From Phoronis australis (Eukaryota > Animalia > Phoronida): a stretch of 64,000 nt of DNA. Positions 52,600-64,000 of the stretch are shown here, in pieces (positions within the stretch are counted from its first letter, which is position 1; each line of letters opens with the position of its first letter). Both the position numbers and the translations under genes were made by a program. Where the stretch lies: positions 964,086-1,028,085 of the forward strand of contig NMRA01000029.1 of NCBI GenBank assembly GCA_002633005.1. Reading direction: 5' to 3'. Under the pieces are notes generated by a model. It was not told the origin of the DNA. It was given only the letters and a program-made list of their open reading frames with translations, and searched no databases.

Positions 52600-53310
52600 G
52601 GCACAGCTGTGGCACGATGGACACCAGTAGTGTCACAGGGCTCCCAACGTTAGCATTGGGCTCTTTGACCAATAGGTGATACCTTCCCAAGTTTCGCAAG
52701 TATTGACTGAAAGTAAGCCATTCAGTACACCTCATTTGGTACATGGTCGAAAGTATGAAAGGATAGCTGTACAGAAGTTTCAAGAGGTAAACAATAGAGA
52801 ACATTTTGTTGTCCAAGGGCTCTGCTCAACTGTTTGCTTATTATGTACTGAGATTTAACACAGGTTTAAAGGAAATTTCACGATCAGAAAAAAGTAACCA
52901 CTCTTATTTTTGATGAATCAACTGTAGAGTGAATTTTTTGTCTCGATGGATGAAGTTAAAAAATCGTTAAGCAAGTTGCACAAAGTTTTGTGCCACAGAT
53001 GGCAATTTAAATCAATAAACAATATTTTGTAGGTAACTACCTTCACACGTATTTTTTGTAACCGTCTTCCTAATGGGAATACAACAAGGTTGTTAAACAA
53101 TGCAGCTTGGCAATCGACGCAGATCGTCCCCATCTCACGCTAACTCCCGATGGATTGATTAATGCTGGCACTGATGTCATGACGAAATGTCCATACAGTG
53201 GCTGCAACGATTCTATTTCCCCTACAAAGAAGTTTCCATTACTGACACGGAATACAAGTGGACTTTACATCAAAAGGTTACAAAGATATTTTGACCAGGT
53301 GCAGATGGAC
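52600..53310 (+). pseudogene. YqaJ/lambda-exonuclease-like (PD-(D/E)XK) fragment split by an insert of about 285 bp
   Basis: HGRKYERIAVQKF...QGL, then resumes ID..RPHL..TPDGLI....KCPY.......YFDQVQ. Confidence 0.75.
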
Positions 53311-53831
53311 GACAAAAAGAAATTTCGTAAATTTATTGCATGAACGTTTGTGGACTTCCTTGTGATAAATGCCCCATATGAGAGTGAATATCGCGAGTTG
53401 CCGTTATTGTTGCGCAAGCTAAACATCTTTTGTTAAACTTACTTTTGTTGTGTATTTTGGTTACAGTGGACATGAAGAACAGGCCATCCAAGGAGAAGAC
53501 TAAATGTCGTATGACCCACTTGGAAGAGAGGTTGAAGCAAGATGGCATCAGGAACACCAAAATCGCTCATATTCCAATGTAGAAAATCAAGAAAATTTCG
53601 GCTTAAAAATTTTGGTGGACAAATTTTTGAGACTGTCCCAAACTGGGTGTGACTGCTGACCGTCTTTTGTTTACTACCTCTGTTCATGTATTGGCTTAGA
53701 GCGCCACCAGTGAGTGCTATGGTGTGCATTCAACTCTGTGACAGCATAGCTGAACAATAGCTGAATGGCCTGCAACTATTTCTGCAACAGCACAATAAAT
53801 GTGGGTCTGAGCAATGGATCGAACTGACACT

Positions 53832-54350
53832 ATGCCGAAGTGAATTCTGATCCTTGGAAGAAGCCACGTACATAGACTCCACGCCTATATGTTGCGCGTC
53901 AACTTAGACTTGACTTCATTGGACCTGGTTGTCAAGCTCCATGGTTTTTAACGGAATGACCACCAGGTTAGTTTGCAAGCAGTTCCATGTAGTATCCAGT
54001 TTCCGGCCAGACGTAGTCATTCTGCACGTTTGTGGGAATGACTCATCCACGGACAAACCACACCACGGACAAACCACACCACGTATACAGGTGTCTTGTT
54101 CGGTTAGCTTCCTATCTGAAAAAGGACTACAGCTGTCGTCATGTTGTCTGTGCCTGGATGGGTATAATGACAAGGCAGATGACCTCAACCACCGTTGGAA
54201 ATCGACCTCAACGTGAAATTCTGGATCCACAAGCACTTTAACGGTAGCAGGAAACTGATGCACTGAGACCAGGTACACCTGAATGACCAGGGACAATACC
54301 ACCTTTACAAGTCATTTAAGAGCGCCATTGTTCATTGCCTTCATTTGGCA
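53832..54350 (+). pseudogene. SGNH hydrolase-like ORF remnant (DIRS/Ngaro-type or LINE ORF1 cargo)
   Basis: ILILGRSHVHRL (block I), PDVVILHVCGND (block III), DQVHLNDQG (block V); frameshifted. Confidence 0.72.
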
Positions 54351-55191
54351 AACAATCAGACAGAACCCAGACTAGTTCTGTTGGGGGTCTTCAGAAAGAT
54401 TAGCATTTCTGTAGATCAGCAACAAGTTTCTTGTAATTAAAGCGTATAGCGCCAAGTGCAAACGTGCATTCTTTAGTTGCTGCAGCAAAAAAACATATTT
54501 TTTAAAATTTTTTCCAAATTCGTAAACAGCGCAATATTGCGTGATACAGTACACATTTCAATTTTTATAGACCGGGTTTTTTAAATACAAAACAAGACTA
54601 TTTATCCACACTCTGAATTTGTAGAATATGCGCAGCAGCGTTTTAGGACTTTCGCATTTGATTCACTTGTACGTATTTAGTAGCAAAGTGCCCAGCATTG
54701 CACGATATTAATTTTCGTTAAACCATTTTCTTTAATATGTGTCAAGAACTTGTTGAACTCCATTAAGGACAGAGGTGAATATCACACCATAGTAATGCAG
54801 GAGCACCCAGACATAAATGAATACTGGCATATACATAATGTAAATACCTGGAAGAATGCAATGAAAAAGGACTTAACGCTGTATCTTTGGTAGGTTTGGG
54901 GTTAGCAAAATTTTGTGTCAATGCTTGTGTTGGCTGTGGAATTTAACACATTTAGAATAAATGAGCAATTTGATTTTATTGTACTTAATAGACTACTATT
55001 AGAGTATCTATTTCAATTGTATTTGGTGCATTTGTATGTTTTCACGAAAGATGCCAAAACACGGAATCCAAAGTTTCCTTGATATTATAATACCTTGGTT
55101 AGCATGTAGACTAAAAAAATGCTGATTTTTTAATGTATTTTTGCCTGTTTAACTTATGTGCCAAATTTCAGGTTAATATCTTATCTTATCT

Positions 55192-55595
55192 ATGACCCAA
55201 CTGGATGACTGAAAACATTCATCGTATTATCATATCCAGCTATGGACGTGATGTCCGAGGATCTGTTCGTCAACATTAACTAACAGCAAGGAAAATAGCA
55301 CGATATCGCAATCACCTGAGGTTCACTCTACGGTGCCTGAAGGAGAAGGTTACTCCAGACCTAGAAGTCTCAGACTAAAATCCAATGTGAAAGGTCATGG
55401 CGCCATCAAAGTTTTAAGGAAGGCAGAAAGACAGTTAATCAATGAACGGGTAAAGCAGATTAATTTCCGTTTGGACATTTTGAAACCACAAGTCACGTGA
55501 CAACTCAGTGGCCTGATGAGAGGAGGACGCAACGTAGCCATCTCCACGTACCGTAAGTCCAGTAGTAGATTTACTGATTCTTATATTATATTATA
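55192..55595 (+). mobile_element. Internally deleted Penelope (Poseidon-type) element
   Basis: ORF start MTENIHR..YG..RKIARYRNHLRFTLRC..P.SLRLK..KAERQLINER, followed by a pLTR-like gtcacgtgac..ctgatgag..aacgt..gtaagtccagt segment. Confidence 0.75.
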
Positions 55596-56470
55596 GAAAA
55601 ATATGCAGTTATCAAGATCAAACGAAGGGAGTGTTTAAAAGCAAGAACCTTCTGAATATCATAGGACAATGCCAGTCACCTTGGAAATGCAAGGCAGAAA
55701 GACAAGAGAAAGAAACCTACCATGATGGGAGACAAAGGCCAATGGTGTCTCATGGTTCAATGGTTGAGTTGGAAATGACATTAACAAGACAGGTGAACTC
55801 ATGGAGCTGTATTCTATACTCTGTATCGAACTGTGCTGGAAGCAACTGGATCAGCTTTGTCCCATATCGAGTAGATTAAGTATTAAGCCTTTTCGCTGAC
55901 CTCTAGTGGTGGTAAGAAGAACATAAAGATGACTGACAACTGATGGTGTGAGTATCTCCTAACCTTGAAACTGAACAAGACGCATGATGTGCTCCTGAAC
56001 ACCAACCATAGGAAACATCAGAGCAACCAGTAATATATTCAATCAACTGTATACCACGTAGCGTTGGAAACACACTGCAGAGCATTTTTGCATTTCTGAG
56101 TGTGTAAGTTGACATTGAGCTCCTTATCCCATATGTGTTGAATAAGTTGAGTGCAATACGGCCATGTGATATTGTTTTCAGTATTGCAATCCCCGGACTA
56201 CTTTTAACAGTGCCTTCTATACTCACAGATGGAAAGTAGGTCAATGTTGACTCAACTTCCTTAACCGGGTCTATCGTCAAACTTCCCCAAAATTTTACAG
56301 TAATAAAGTCACAACAGTATATAAATAACATGCAATCAGGTCATAAACAGAACATCTGCTATAAAATTATTAATTATATAACACCCTTGCCTCAGTTTTA
56401 TTAGCTTGATTATAATGTCTGCCACTCCGATGCTGTAACTACAGAAGCCTCGTCGCCACAAAAATACAAA

Positions 56471-57070
56471 ATGAGTTTCAATTTGGGAAAGCTCAATTTA
56501 CAATACGATGATCCTGAAATCCAGGAATTGATCGAACTGGAAGAACAAGAGGTGCAACTGGAGAATCAACAAGAGAAACTTCAAGTGATGGTAAGCGAAG
56601 TAAAAGAGATCAACAGAAAAAAGTTCAACATTGTAAAGAAAACTGTAAGTGCAACCAATAGATTTCATGCTGGTTGGCTAAGTGAAAACAATGAAATTAG
56701 AAAGTTGTTGGACATATCTCCCCATGAGCTAGACACCCTCATAGTGGGCTTTCTTATAGTATTGGCGAAGCCTGATGGATCAGCATACGAGCCGGACACA
56801 CTGACATCTTATTACAGGGCCACTGACAGACATTTGAAAGAAATTGGCTACCTAGTCACAATCATGGCAGACAACCCAACTATATTCAGACTTTCAAAAG
56901 ACATGCTTTTTGCTCGTCGGCGTGACTTTAAACAAGGAAGAGGAAATCAAAGAAACGGAGCAGACGTCCTCGCAGATGATGAGGAAGAGCTTTTGTGGGA
57001 TACAGGTCAACTTGGCAAACATTCACTGCAAGCACTCCTCAACACTCTATGGTTCCCTAATACCAAACTG
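56471..57070 (+). mobile_element. Crypton-type tyrosine recombinase (ZMYM/DUF3504-related), truncated
   Basis: ELD..I..F....KPDGSAYEPDTL.SY...DRHL...GRGN.....L...EEE.LW..GQLG......LLNTLWF; homology breaks at about 57070, before the catalytic region. Confidence 0.85.
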
Positions 57071-57766
57071 ACAGTCAAACTCATGGAGCTGTGTTCTGTA
57101 CTAAGTATCCAACTTTGCTGGAAGCAACTGAATCAACTTTGTCTTACATTCAGTAGATTAATCAAGGCTTTTCACTGACCGTATCTCTATGATGGGCCGT
57201 TGGGGGAAAGGGTCCCGGAAAAATACGAACGTAATTATGTATACTACGCTGTTATTTATGCAGTTATATTTACACCGTTAATTACGCCGTAAAATTATGA
57301 GCATAATTTGACTCTTTAAGGTGAAAATTATGCCCATAATTTACTTTTAACTTTTAGCCAATGCCGCTTGGTTTTACAACTCACTGTCGTGCGCACTAAT
57401 ACTTCTTTACTGACGGGTTAGGTGCCTACGAGCGCTAAATCATGGCGGATCAAACTGCTGCTGCAATGTCAGTAATTGTGCAAGAAAGAGCTTCCCAGTA
57501 ACAGTCCAGTGAGACAGTGTTCTCCAGTGCAGCACCTGCCACTTTCAGGCACTCGTAAGTTTGTCATTTGAACAATTCTATATGTGTATCTAAAAACAAA
57601 CTAGTCCACATGGCATTCAGCCCTTGGCTTAGTTACATGTAGGCCTACTGCCCGGGGGTCACTCATATTGACAAGGTGCCCGGTCAGGCGTGTACCAAAA
57701 TTGCAGATAGGCAGTACTTTGTCAGCAAGTTTTGTGAAACAGGGACGGGGTCCAATACGCCCCTAA

Positions 57767-58360
57767 TCAGGAACTGACTATTTACCTGAGAAGCATTGTT
57801 TATAGTCTAGCCATTGTGCATTATTCTTTTCACCAGGTTGCAGATGATGAGCTGCTGGATCTGTCAGATTCAGATACTCCAACGGTATGAACGAATGAGC
57901 ATTGGTATGGTGACCTTGGAAGAGTAAAGTTTTATTTGTTCATACATGTGGAACTATATGTGTTGTGTACTGTAGTTGTGAGCCACACACTACCAACACC
58001 AGCGTGAATCTGATACAGTGTAATTATACAGTTACAAATAACATACTTTGCTATCTGAATTTCAAGTATTTTGGTCCCATAAGTTGCACATAAGACCTAG
58101 GTTTATGTATATTGATTTCAGGAACTGCAAATTTACCTGAGAAGCATTGTTAATAGTCAAGCCATTATGCATTATTCTTTTCACGAGGTTCCAGATGATG
58201 AGCTGTTGGATCTCTCAGATTCAGATACTCCAACAGTGTGTACGAATTTAGCATTGCCATGATGAACTGGGAGGTGTTTTTTTTTGAAGTTTTATTTGTT
58301 CATACATGTGGAACCATATGTGTTGTGTATTGTAGGTTTGAGCCACACATTACCAACATC
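57767..58360. repeat. Diverged tandem duplication (period about 351 bp) containing a 48-nt exon-like unit
   Basis: tcaggaactg..atttacctgagaagcattgtt at 57767 and 58118. Confidence 0.85.
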
Positions 58361-59384
58361 TGGCATGTTTGTAATTGTTTCACATACTTTACGCTATGTA
58401 TGGGAACAACACATTTCATTGAACTTAAGCAAAACCTGACTTCTTTGAAGAGTAAAATTTAAGAATTTTAACTCTTCCACAAAACTTTGTTGGGGCTGCA
58501 GTAAAGATATGACTTCTGTCGATTTGAGCAGACTTCTTTGTAATTCCCATATCAGTTATTTATGAAAGACGCTGAATATTAACAGCAGTGGTGTAGATAT
58601 GATGTTACAATTTTCAATATTGGACATTTCATGTTCAGTCTGCTACACATTTCTTCATATGAAGTTACCTAAGATTTCATTGTTTTGCCAGTCCAATTAA
58701 GTTGTTTTTCATCTCTCTTGAGATGTTTGTACATGAAGAAAATTAAGACATGAAACAAGAATGAGTCACATTTTACTTTAGATTACATTCCGCCACGCAC
58801 AACACAGAGAAGAGCAACAAGCGTAAAATATATAGTAAAGCGCAAATAAGTGACTTGCATTAATTTTGTTGCCAGTGCTAAAACTTCAGGCCTGCCAACG
58901 CTGAACATTTTTATGTTTTTGGAGGGACTCTTACTTTTCGCACTTTTTGGCAGTTGAATGGAGATGAATAAACATAGTTTAATGACATATGCTAAGCACC
59001 AGCTGGTACAAAAGTTCAGGTCCAAAATAAGAAATCTGGTAAAACCGAATCACTGCCAACCAGTGTGCATTCTTTCGATTTTGTTGTTTCAGAAACACAT
59101 ACAATACATACATAGATTTGTCACATGATGAACAGGAGATACGAGGACCGTCAGGTTGCTGAAGCACTGCAAGCAAGCCTGAGTGAAAATGCAGCTTGCT
59201 CAGAGATTGGAGACACTCTGAGTCTTTGGATGGCTGCTGCGACTGACATCAGTGAAGGCGATCACTCAACCCTTATTATTAATCGCCGGACTGTCTTTGC
59301 ACGAGCTTTACGTGCAATAAAGAAAGAATGCTTTAGCTAATTTACTACAAGCCGTATGTAGAATTTAGTGGTGAGGATGGAAGT

Positions 59385-62300
59385 TGTCATGTATTGAATT
59401 TCTACCAGATGTTTATAGTTCCGGTAGTACTTAAATGTAGGACTGTTAATCACGCTATATCCTTAGCGTGTATAAATATTTTTCTTGCATGTGTTTTAGT
59501 CACTTGGATGTCGTTTGCTTTAATGCTGAATACTTATAACTCTTATATCATTCAATTGGTTTTTATACGTCGTACACAGACGACGCTACATTGGCGACGA
59601 GGATATCTTTTCATTGAAACTTTTTTGACAATGACAGAAGGAGGAGATGGTTCATATATACCAAAATTCGACTGTTTTTCCGATACAGCCACAGTCGGAC
59701 CAAGATAGGAGCGGTAGTTAGCTGTTTGCCGACAGTAAAGGCCCGACTATAGAGCCGGGTTCTGACAACAATTGCCAGAGGCACAGAGCACAGCTGTTAC
59801 ATTACGCTGGTCCCGATGTAAAGGACATTTTTTGGACCTTGACAGACACGGGAACAGCCAAAGATTACGACTTGGCAGTCCATAAACTGAACGAACACTT
59901 TGTTCCCCAAGTGAACGCTACTTTTGCCAGACACGCGTTTCGTCAATTAACACAAAAAGACGGTGATACGTCTCTGCAATTCGCAACTCATTTGCGACAA
60001 GCGGTGAAAAAGTGTGCTTACGGAGCGGACACCGACAACCACGTTCGCGATGAAATTTTGTCCTGAGACGGAAATTGCTTGAAGGACAGGATCTAACCCT
60101 AAGGAGAACTCTAGAAATAGCCAAAAGCTGCGAGAAGATAGAGACGCAAATGGCATCGCTCAGTGTCAACGGGACGGAGAAATAAATCAAGTTCGCACTG
60201 GCACGAAGTCCTGAAAAAGTTCGAGGTCACGGAAATCCGAGACTCAGAAGTAAAACCCAAATACAAAGTGCATGCAGATGCCGCAAGGAATGCGAAACCA
60301 TCAGAAGTATCCGTGGGCAACATGGTGCTTGTACGACAAGACAAAGAAAACAGTCAAGTACACAACGAATTTCAACCAGACACCACATGAAGTTGTTGAC
60401 AAATCGGGAAATCAGGTGGTTATAAAATCACCGGAAGGAGTCAGTTATTCCCAGAACACAACGGCGGTGAAGAAGTTTGTTGTTCCAACTGATAGGTTAG
60501 TCAACGATGCGGACAATACGATTACGAAAGTTCCAACTCAGTCACCGGACGTACCAGCCGATCCAACCGCGAATGAAATATTGTCGGAAGAACGACAGAG
60601 ACGAGTCATACGACCGTCTGCACATTTGAAAGACTTTATCCTTTGATTTGAATTTTGTTTGTGACGATATGTGCGTGTTTATGCACTCACTGTAGAGGAA
60701 GTCTTATATAATGATTGAGTACACTATTGTTGTTTTGATGTTTGATGACTAAATGTTTCATTGGTAGTTTTATCCTTGATGACTGAACATTTTGTCTAAG
60801 GAAAGGAGAGATGTCATGTATTGAATTTCTACCAGATGTTATAGTTCCGGTAGCACTTAAATAAATGTATGACTATTAATCATGTGTTACCATGAGGTAT
60901 ATCCTTAGCATGTATAAATACCGTATTCGCCATAATAACCGCCCATGCCCCTATAAGCACCAGCCCACGCGTTTTCAGACTTTGCTGAAATAAGCGCCCA
61001 GTCCATGAACGTGTACATGTGAACAATTACGTACCTACAGTCCTAAAATTCGGCTACAGAAACGTCTTCAATTTATCAAAAATTTTTTGCACGGGTCTTC
61101 TAGACCACCAGCGGCACTGCTACGTTTGTATTTAGCCGTGACTTTACACTTCAAAGTAATGCAGCGCTTCAAAAAGAACGCAACAGTGTTGCTACGCTCT
61201 CGCGACGACCGTGTCCCACTATGGTCTGACCTTTCAGTAGACAAATCGACTGTCTAATGATTAAAAATAACTCGGTGTTAAACACACGTGGCCAGGAAGT
61301 GCGCGCTACATACATGAACCGCTCATCAAAGACGTTAGTCGGGAACTATTCATTCATGAAACGGGTAGCATAGCATCGATAAGAAATGAATATTGGCACT
61401 AATTTCTGACAATTTCTAATACAGTTGTTTGCGTTATTTTTGAGATGGATTGTTTGATTAACCATAATTGGTGTTTTTAAGCCGAATATCTGATAAAATG
61501 ACAACTGACAGTGAATGCTTACACACCCTTACACCGAAAAATAACTGTCAGATAGTTACATACGCATCCAGCTACACGGCGACTAATATGGGCCTTACCG
61601 AGACAAATGTCGAACGTTTTTAGTACGAGACCGGCAAGTGCTGAATGAAACATGCTCTGGTTTAGGCCTACTGCTTGTGCAAATTTCTTTAGACACAATG
61701 CACATCTAGCTAGTTAGATTGCGTAGCTCTGCTTTGGCAAATGAACTATGGTGACACGCACGTGCTCGCTTACTTACAGACAAACTTCAAAACAAACGTC
61801 ACGTGACAACAACATGTGTGTTCGTCCAGACATTTTACTCGCCGTGTTGCCGATCATACATGTAGATGGCACGATGTTGCACAGATTTGTACTTAAACCT
61901 GTCGTTAATCCAGACTCCAGGAACTTAAAAAATCTTAGAGATGTTACTTATAAAACTTAATGAGGATTTCAGGTAACTTGCTCGAGTCGAAACCATTTTT
62001 ATTCAAGCATTGAAGTCGCCATATCGAAAACGGCGATTTCGAGGCAGTCTGTCGGCGAGTTTTCGCCCTGGGATTTCAGCACAATTTTCTGTAAAATGAT
62101 CATAATTTAGCAGCAAAGTTTGACAACAATGCACCAGTTTTGTTCAAAGTCTTTCATAGATAACATATACGTCACAGAGCGTAAATTTCATGAATCTTAG
62201 CTTCCGATTTCACCCGTTTCGGAGACCGGGTTTCAACCGCCTTGGGTTACAATAAGCGTCCCCCTTGAACCAAACTTTTCTAAGCGCCCTGGGCGGTTAC

Positions 62301-62438
62301 TACGGCAAATACGGTAGTTTTCTTGCAAGTGTTTTAGTCACTTGGATGTAGTTTGCTTTAACGCTGAACTTTACTTTGATAATATAACTCTTAGATCATT
62401 AAATTGGTTTTTATACGTCGTACACCGACGACATTACA
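59385..62438 (+). mobile_element. Internally deleted Gypsy LTR retrotransposon with both LTRs and 5-bp TSD
   Basis: 5' LTR 59385-59590 (TG..CA), PBS tggcgacgag, gag N-half from ATG 59631, integrase tail to 60646, PPT aaggaaaggagaga, 3' LTR 60812-62438 (interrupted), TSD GAAGT at 59380-59384 and 62439-62443. Confidence 0.93.
60921..62314. mobile_element. Non-autonomous Tc1/mariner-pogo-type element inserted in the 3' LTR
   Basis: TIRs ccgtattcgccataataaccgccc / gggcggttactacggcaaatacgg, TA duplication; 62175-62287 matches 28922-29041. Confidence 0.88.
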
Positions 62439-63345
62439 GAAGTGAGTATAGTGGAGCCACAAGAGAGTTCTTTCTTACCTAGACATGTGCAGTCAAAATT
62501 TACTTTCAGGTTAAGATAATTCTATAGTTATAGGTTACAGAACAGGTCACTTCATTTCGTACTCAAGGGCTAAGCCAGCTCGGACCCATATCAATGTCCC
62601 AAAGCAATTTTATTTTGTAAGGAGATGCTTGAAATGGAAAAAACCATTTCATGTCTATATACACTGACCTAATGGTGCCATTATTGATAAATAAAATATG
62701 GTACATGGCCTGAGTACGAGTCGACTTGGGTAGAAACTACCTGGTAAAGTTTCTATAAAATATAGAGGGCATCCCATTGGATTGATAACTGCTCATAAAC
62801 CCTATGGAGAAGTTTTAGGAAATGTTTACTATAATATTTAAAATATCAGTGACCCTGTGAGTGGCAACACTGCTTTTCAAGTTGATTTGCCCCATTGGCA
62901 TTGTCTAGTTTGATTCATGGTATGAGGGTGCCGATAGGGTTCAGATTGGGAGAACAGGTCTTACAACTACTTAAAAATCAGTCCACTCCATCAATAAATC
63001 AGGGCAGCTACCTTGTGTCTTAGGGTCAGCTAAAAATCATACACCTAATGTCCATTACTATATACTCAGGCACCACTGCCTTGGTTGTAGCACTATACAT
63101 TTGTATGAAAAGTATGTAGGTTGTGATGTTCCAAAGTGTGTTTGTTGGAAACAGAATTGATTTTTGTTCTGTTGTAAACAGGTTGCTGCTTAAGTGGGGT
63201 TTACTCTGAACAATCAATTTTCTTGGAAACTGAAGTTGTATGCAGCCCCCTCAATTAAATTTGGCAGAGGCACTCTTGGTAATTTTTTCAATTCGAAATT
63301 TTGATGTTTCATGAAGTAATGTATTAGTGTTGACACATCTTGCAG

Positions 63346-63742
63346 GTACACCTATGGCAACTGTCAGACAACCCCACTTGTTGAAGAAAGACTATGTTGA
63401 CAAGAGGTCGACAAAGTTGTTGCAAAACTTGATGAAGAAATGAACCGTGACAACATACACAGGAGAAAAAAATGTATTGTGGAGCATGGGCGGTTTAAAT
63501 CTGTATTCATCAATCATAATGTTTTGGAGACTGCGTGGCTGCAATACAAAAGTCAATATCCTGATGGCTATGACAAACCCTTGGATAAAAGGAGGGGACA
63601 AGTGGCCTACAGACTGTTCCAAAGATGGGTACACGGTCACTTAGGACGAACTGTCCGCGTTGTCATTCCAGCATGCGCAGTAGCCTGCATCAGAGCTTTC
63701 TACCCAGGAAATGAGGACTTTGAGTTCCATGGATTTTCTTAA
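63346..63742 (+). pseudogene. P2X7 C-terminal 'ballast'/Nanor/KolX-like exon, pseudogenised
   Basis: CI..H..F..V......L.....Y......AYR.F.RWVHGHLGR..R.VIPACAV..IR..YP....F.GF motif. The upstream zinc cluster is decayed (YTYGNCQ..EERLC*QE, stop at 63398-63400); acceptor ttgcag at 63345. Confidence 0.85.
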
Positions 63743-64000
63743 TAGTTTCATCTATTTCTAGATATCAACAGTTGTCTTAGCCCTGGAATGCCAACTCCTG
63801 CACATGACCTATTCTATTATAAGAAGTTGTGACTCAGGGACTAGCCTTATGTAATTCAGATGAGTTGCAAAAAGTTGTAGAGACAAATTCCATAGAAAAA
63901 ACAAACATCGTAACAAACGAATGCAATCGCAGCGCAACCTCAGCGGCATGAAACTGAAGTTGGCATTCCAACAAGCTTAACTGTACGGCAAAAATTTTCA

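Larger units (their letters stand above)
57442..62510 (+). pseudogene. Spliced UIM plus HECT (G2E3-like) pseudogene interrupted by a Gypsy element
   Basis: EDRQVAEALQASLSE (UIM-like), LIINRRTVFARALRA, and VEFSGEDGS|EYSGATREFF reconstituted across the LTR insertion; upstream candidate exons at 57442-57555, 57837-57884 and 58188-58235. Confidence 0.62.

Overview
AT-rich, intron-rich animal genomic DNA, probably from a marine invertebrate; there are no prokaryotic features. Left half: the first coding exon of an ELKS/ERC (CAST/Bruchpilot) active-zone scaffold gene lies on the minus strand (13576-12842), and its downstream intron appears to run off the window. Head-to-head with it is a complete 11-exon, 356-aa TMEM116-like 7TM gene on the plus strand (17046-37794), which I reconstructed by hand with all GT-AG sites and intron phases consistent. 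Its promoter carries two tandem GTCACATGAC boxes and its C-terminus ends EDQPLLYESDV. The introns hold MITEs, Helentron/HINE-like repeats, a Penelope remnant, an L2/CR1 LINE 3' end, two 200-bp tandem duplications and a 117-N gap. Right part (about 45.8-63.8 kb): a dense graveyard of truncated transposon and transposon-cargo fragments (three Gypsy, two Penelope, Kolobok/Mutator-like transposase, YqaJ nuclease, SGNH hydrolase, Crypton recombinase, HECT, P2X7-ballast/KolX). Every fragment I could orient reads on the plus strand, which suggests a uni-strand piRNA-cluster-like locus. Family assignments come from recalled motifs, not database searches.
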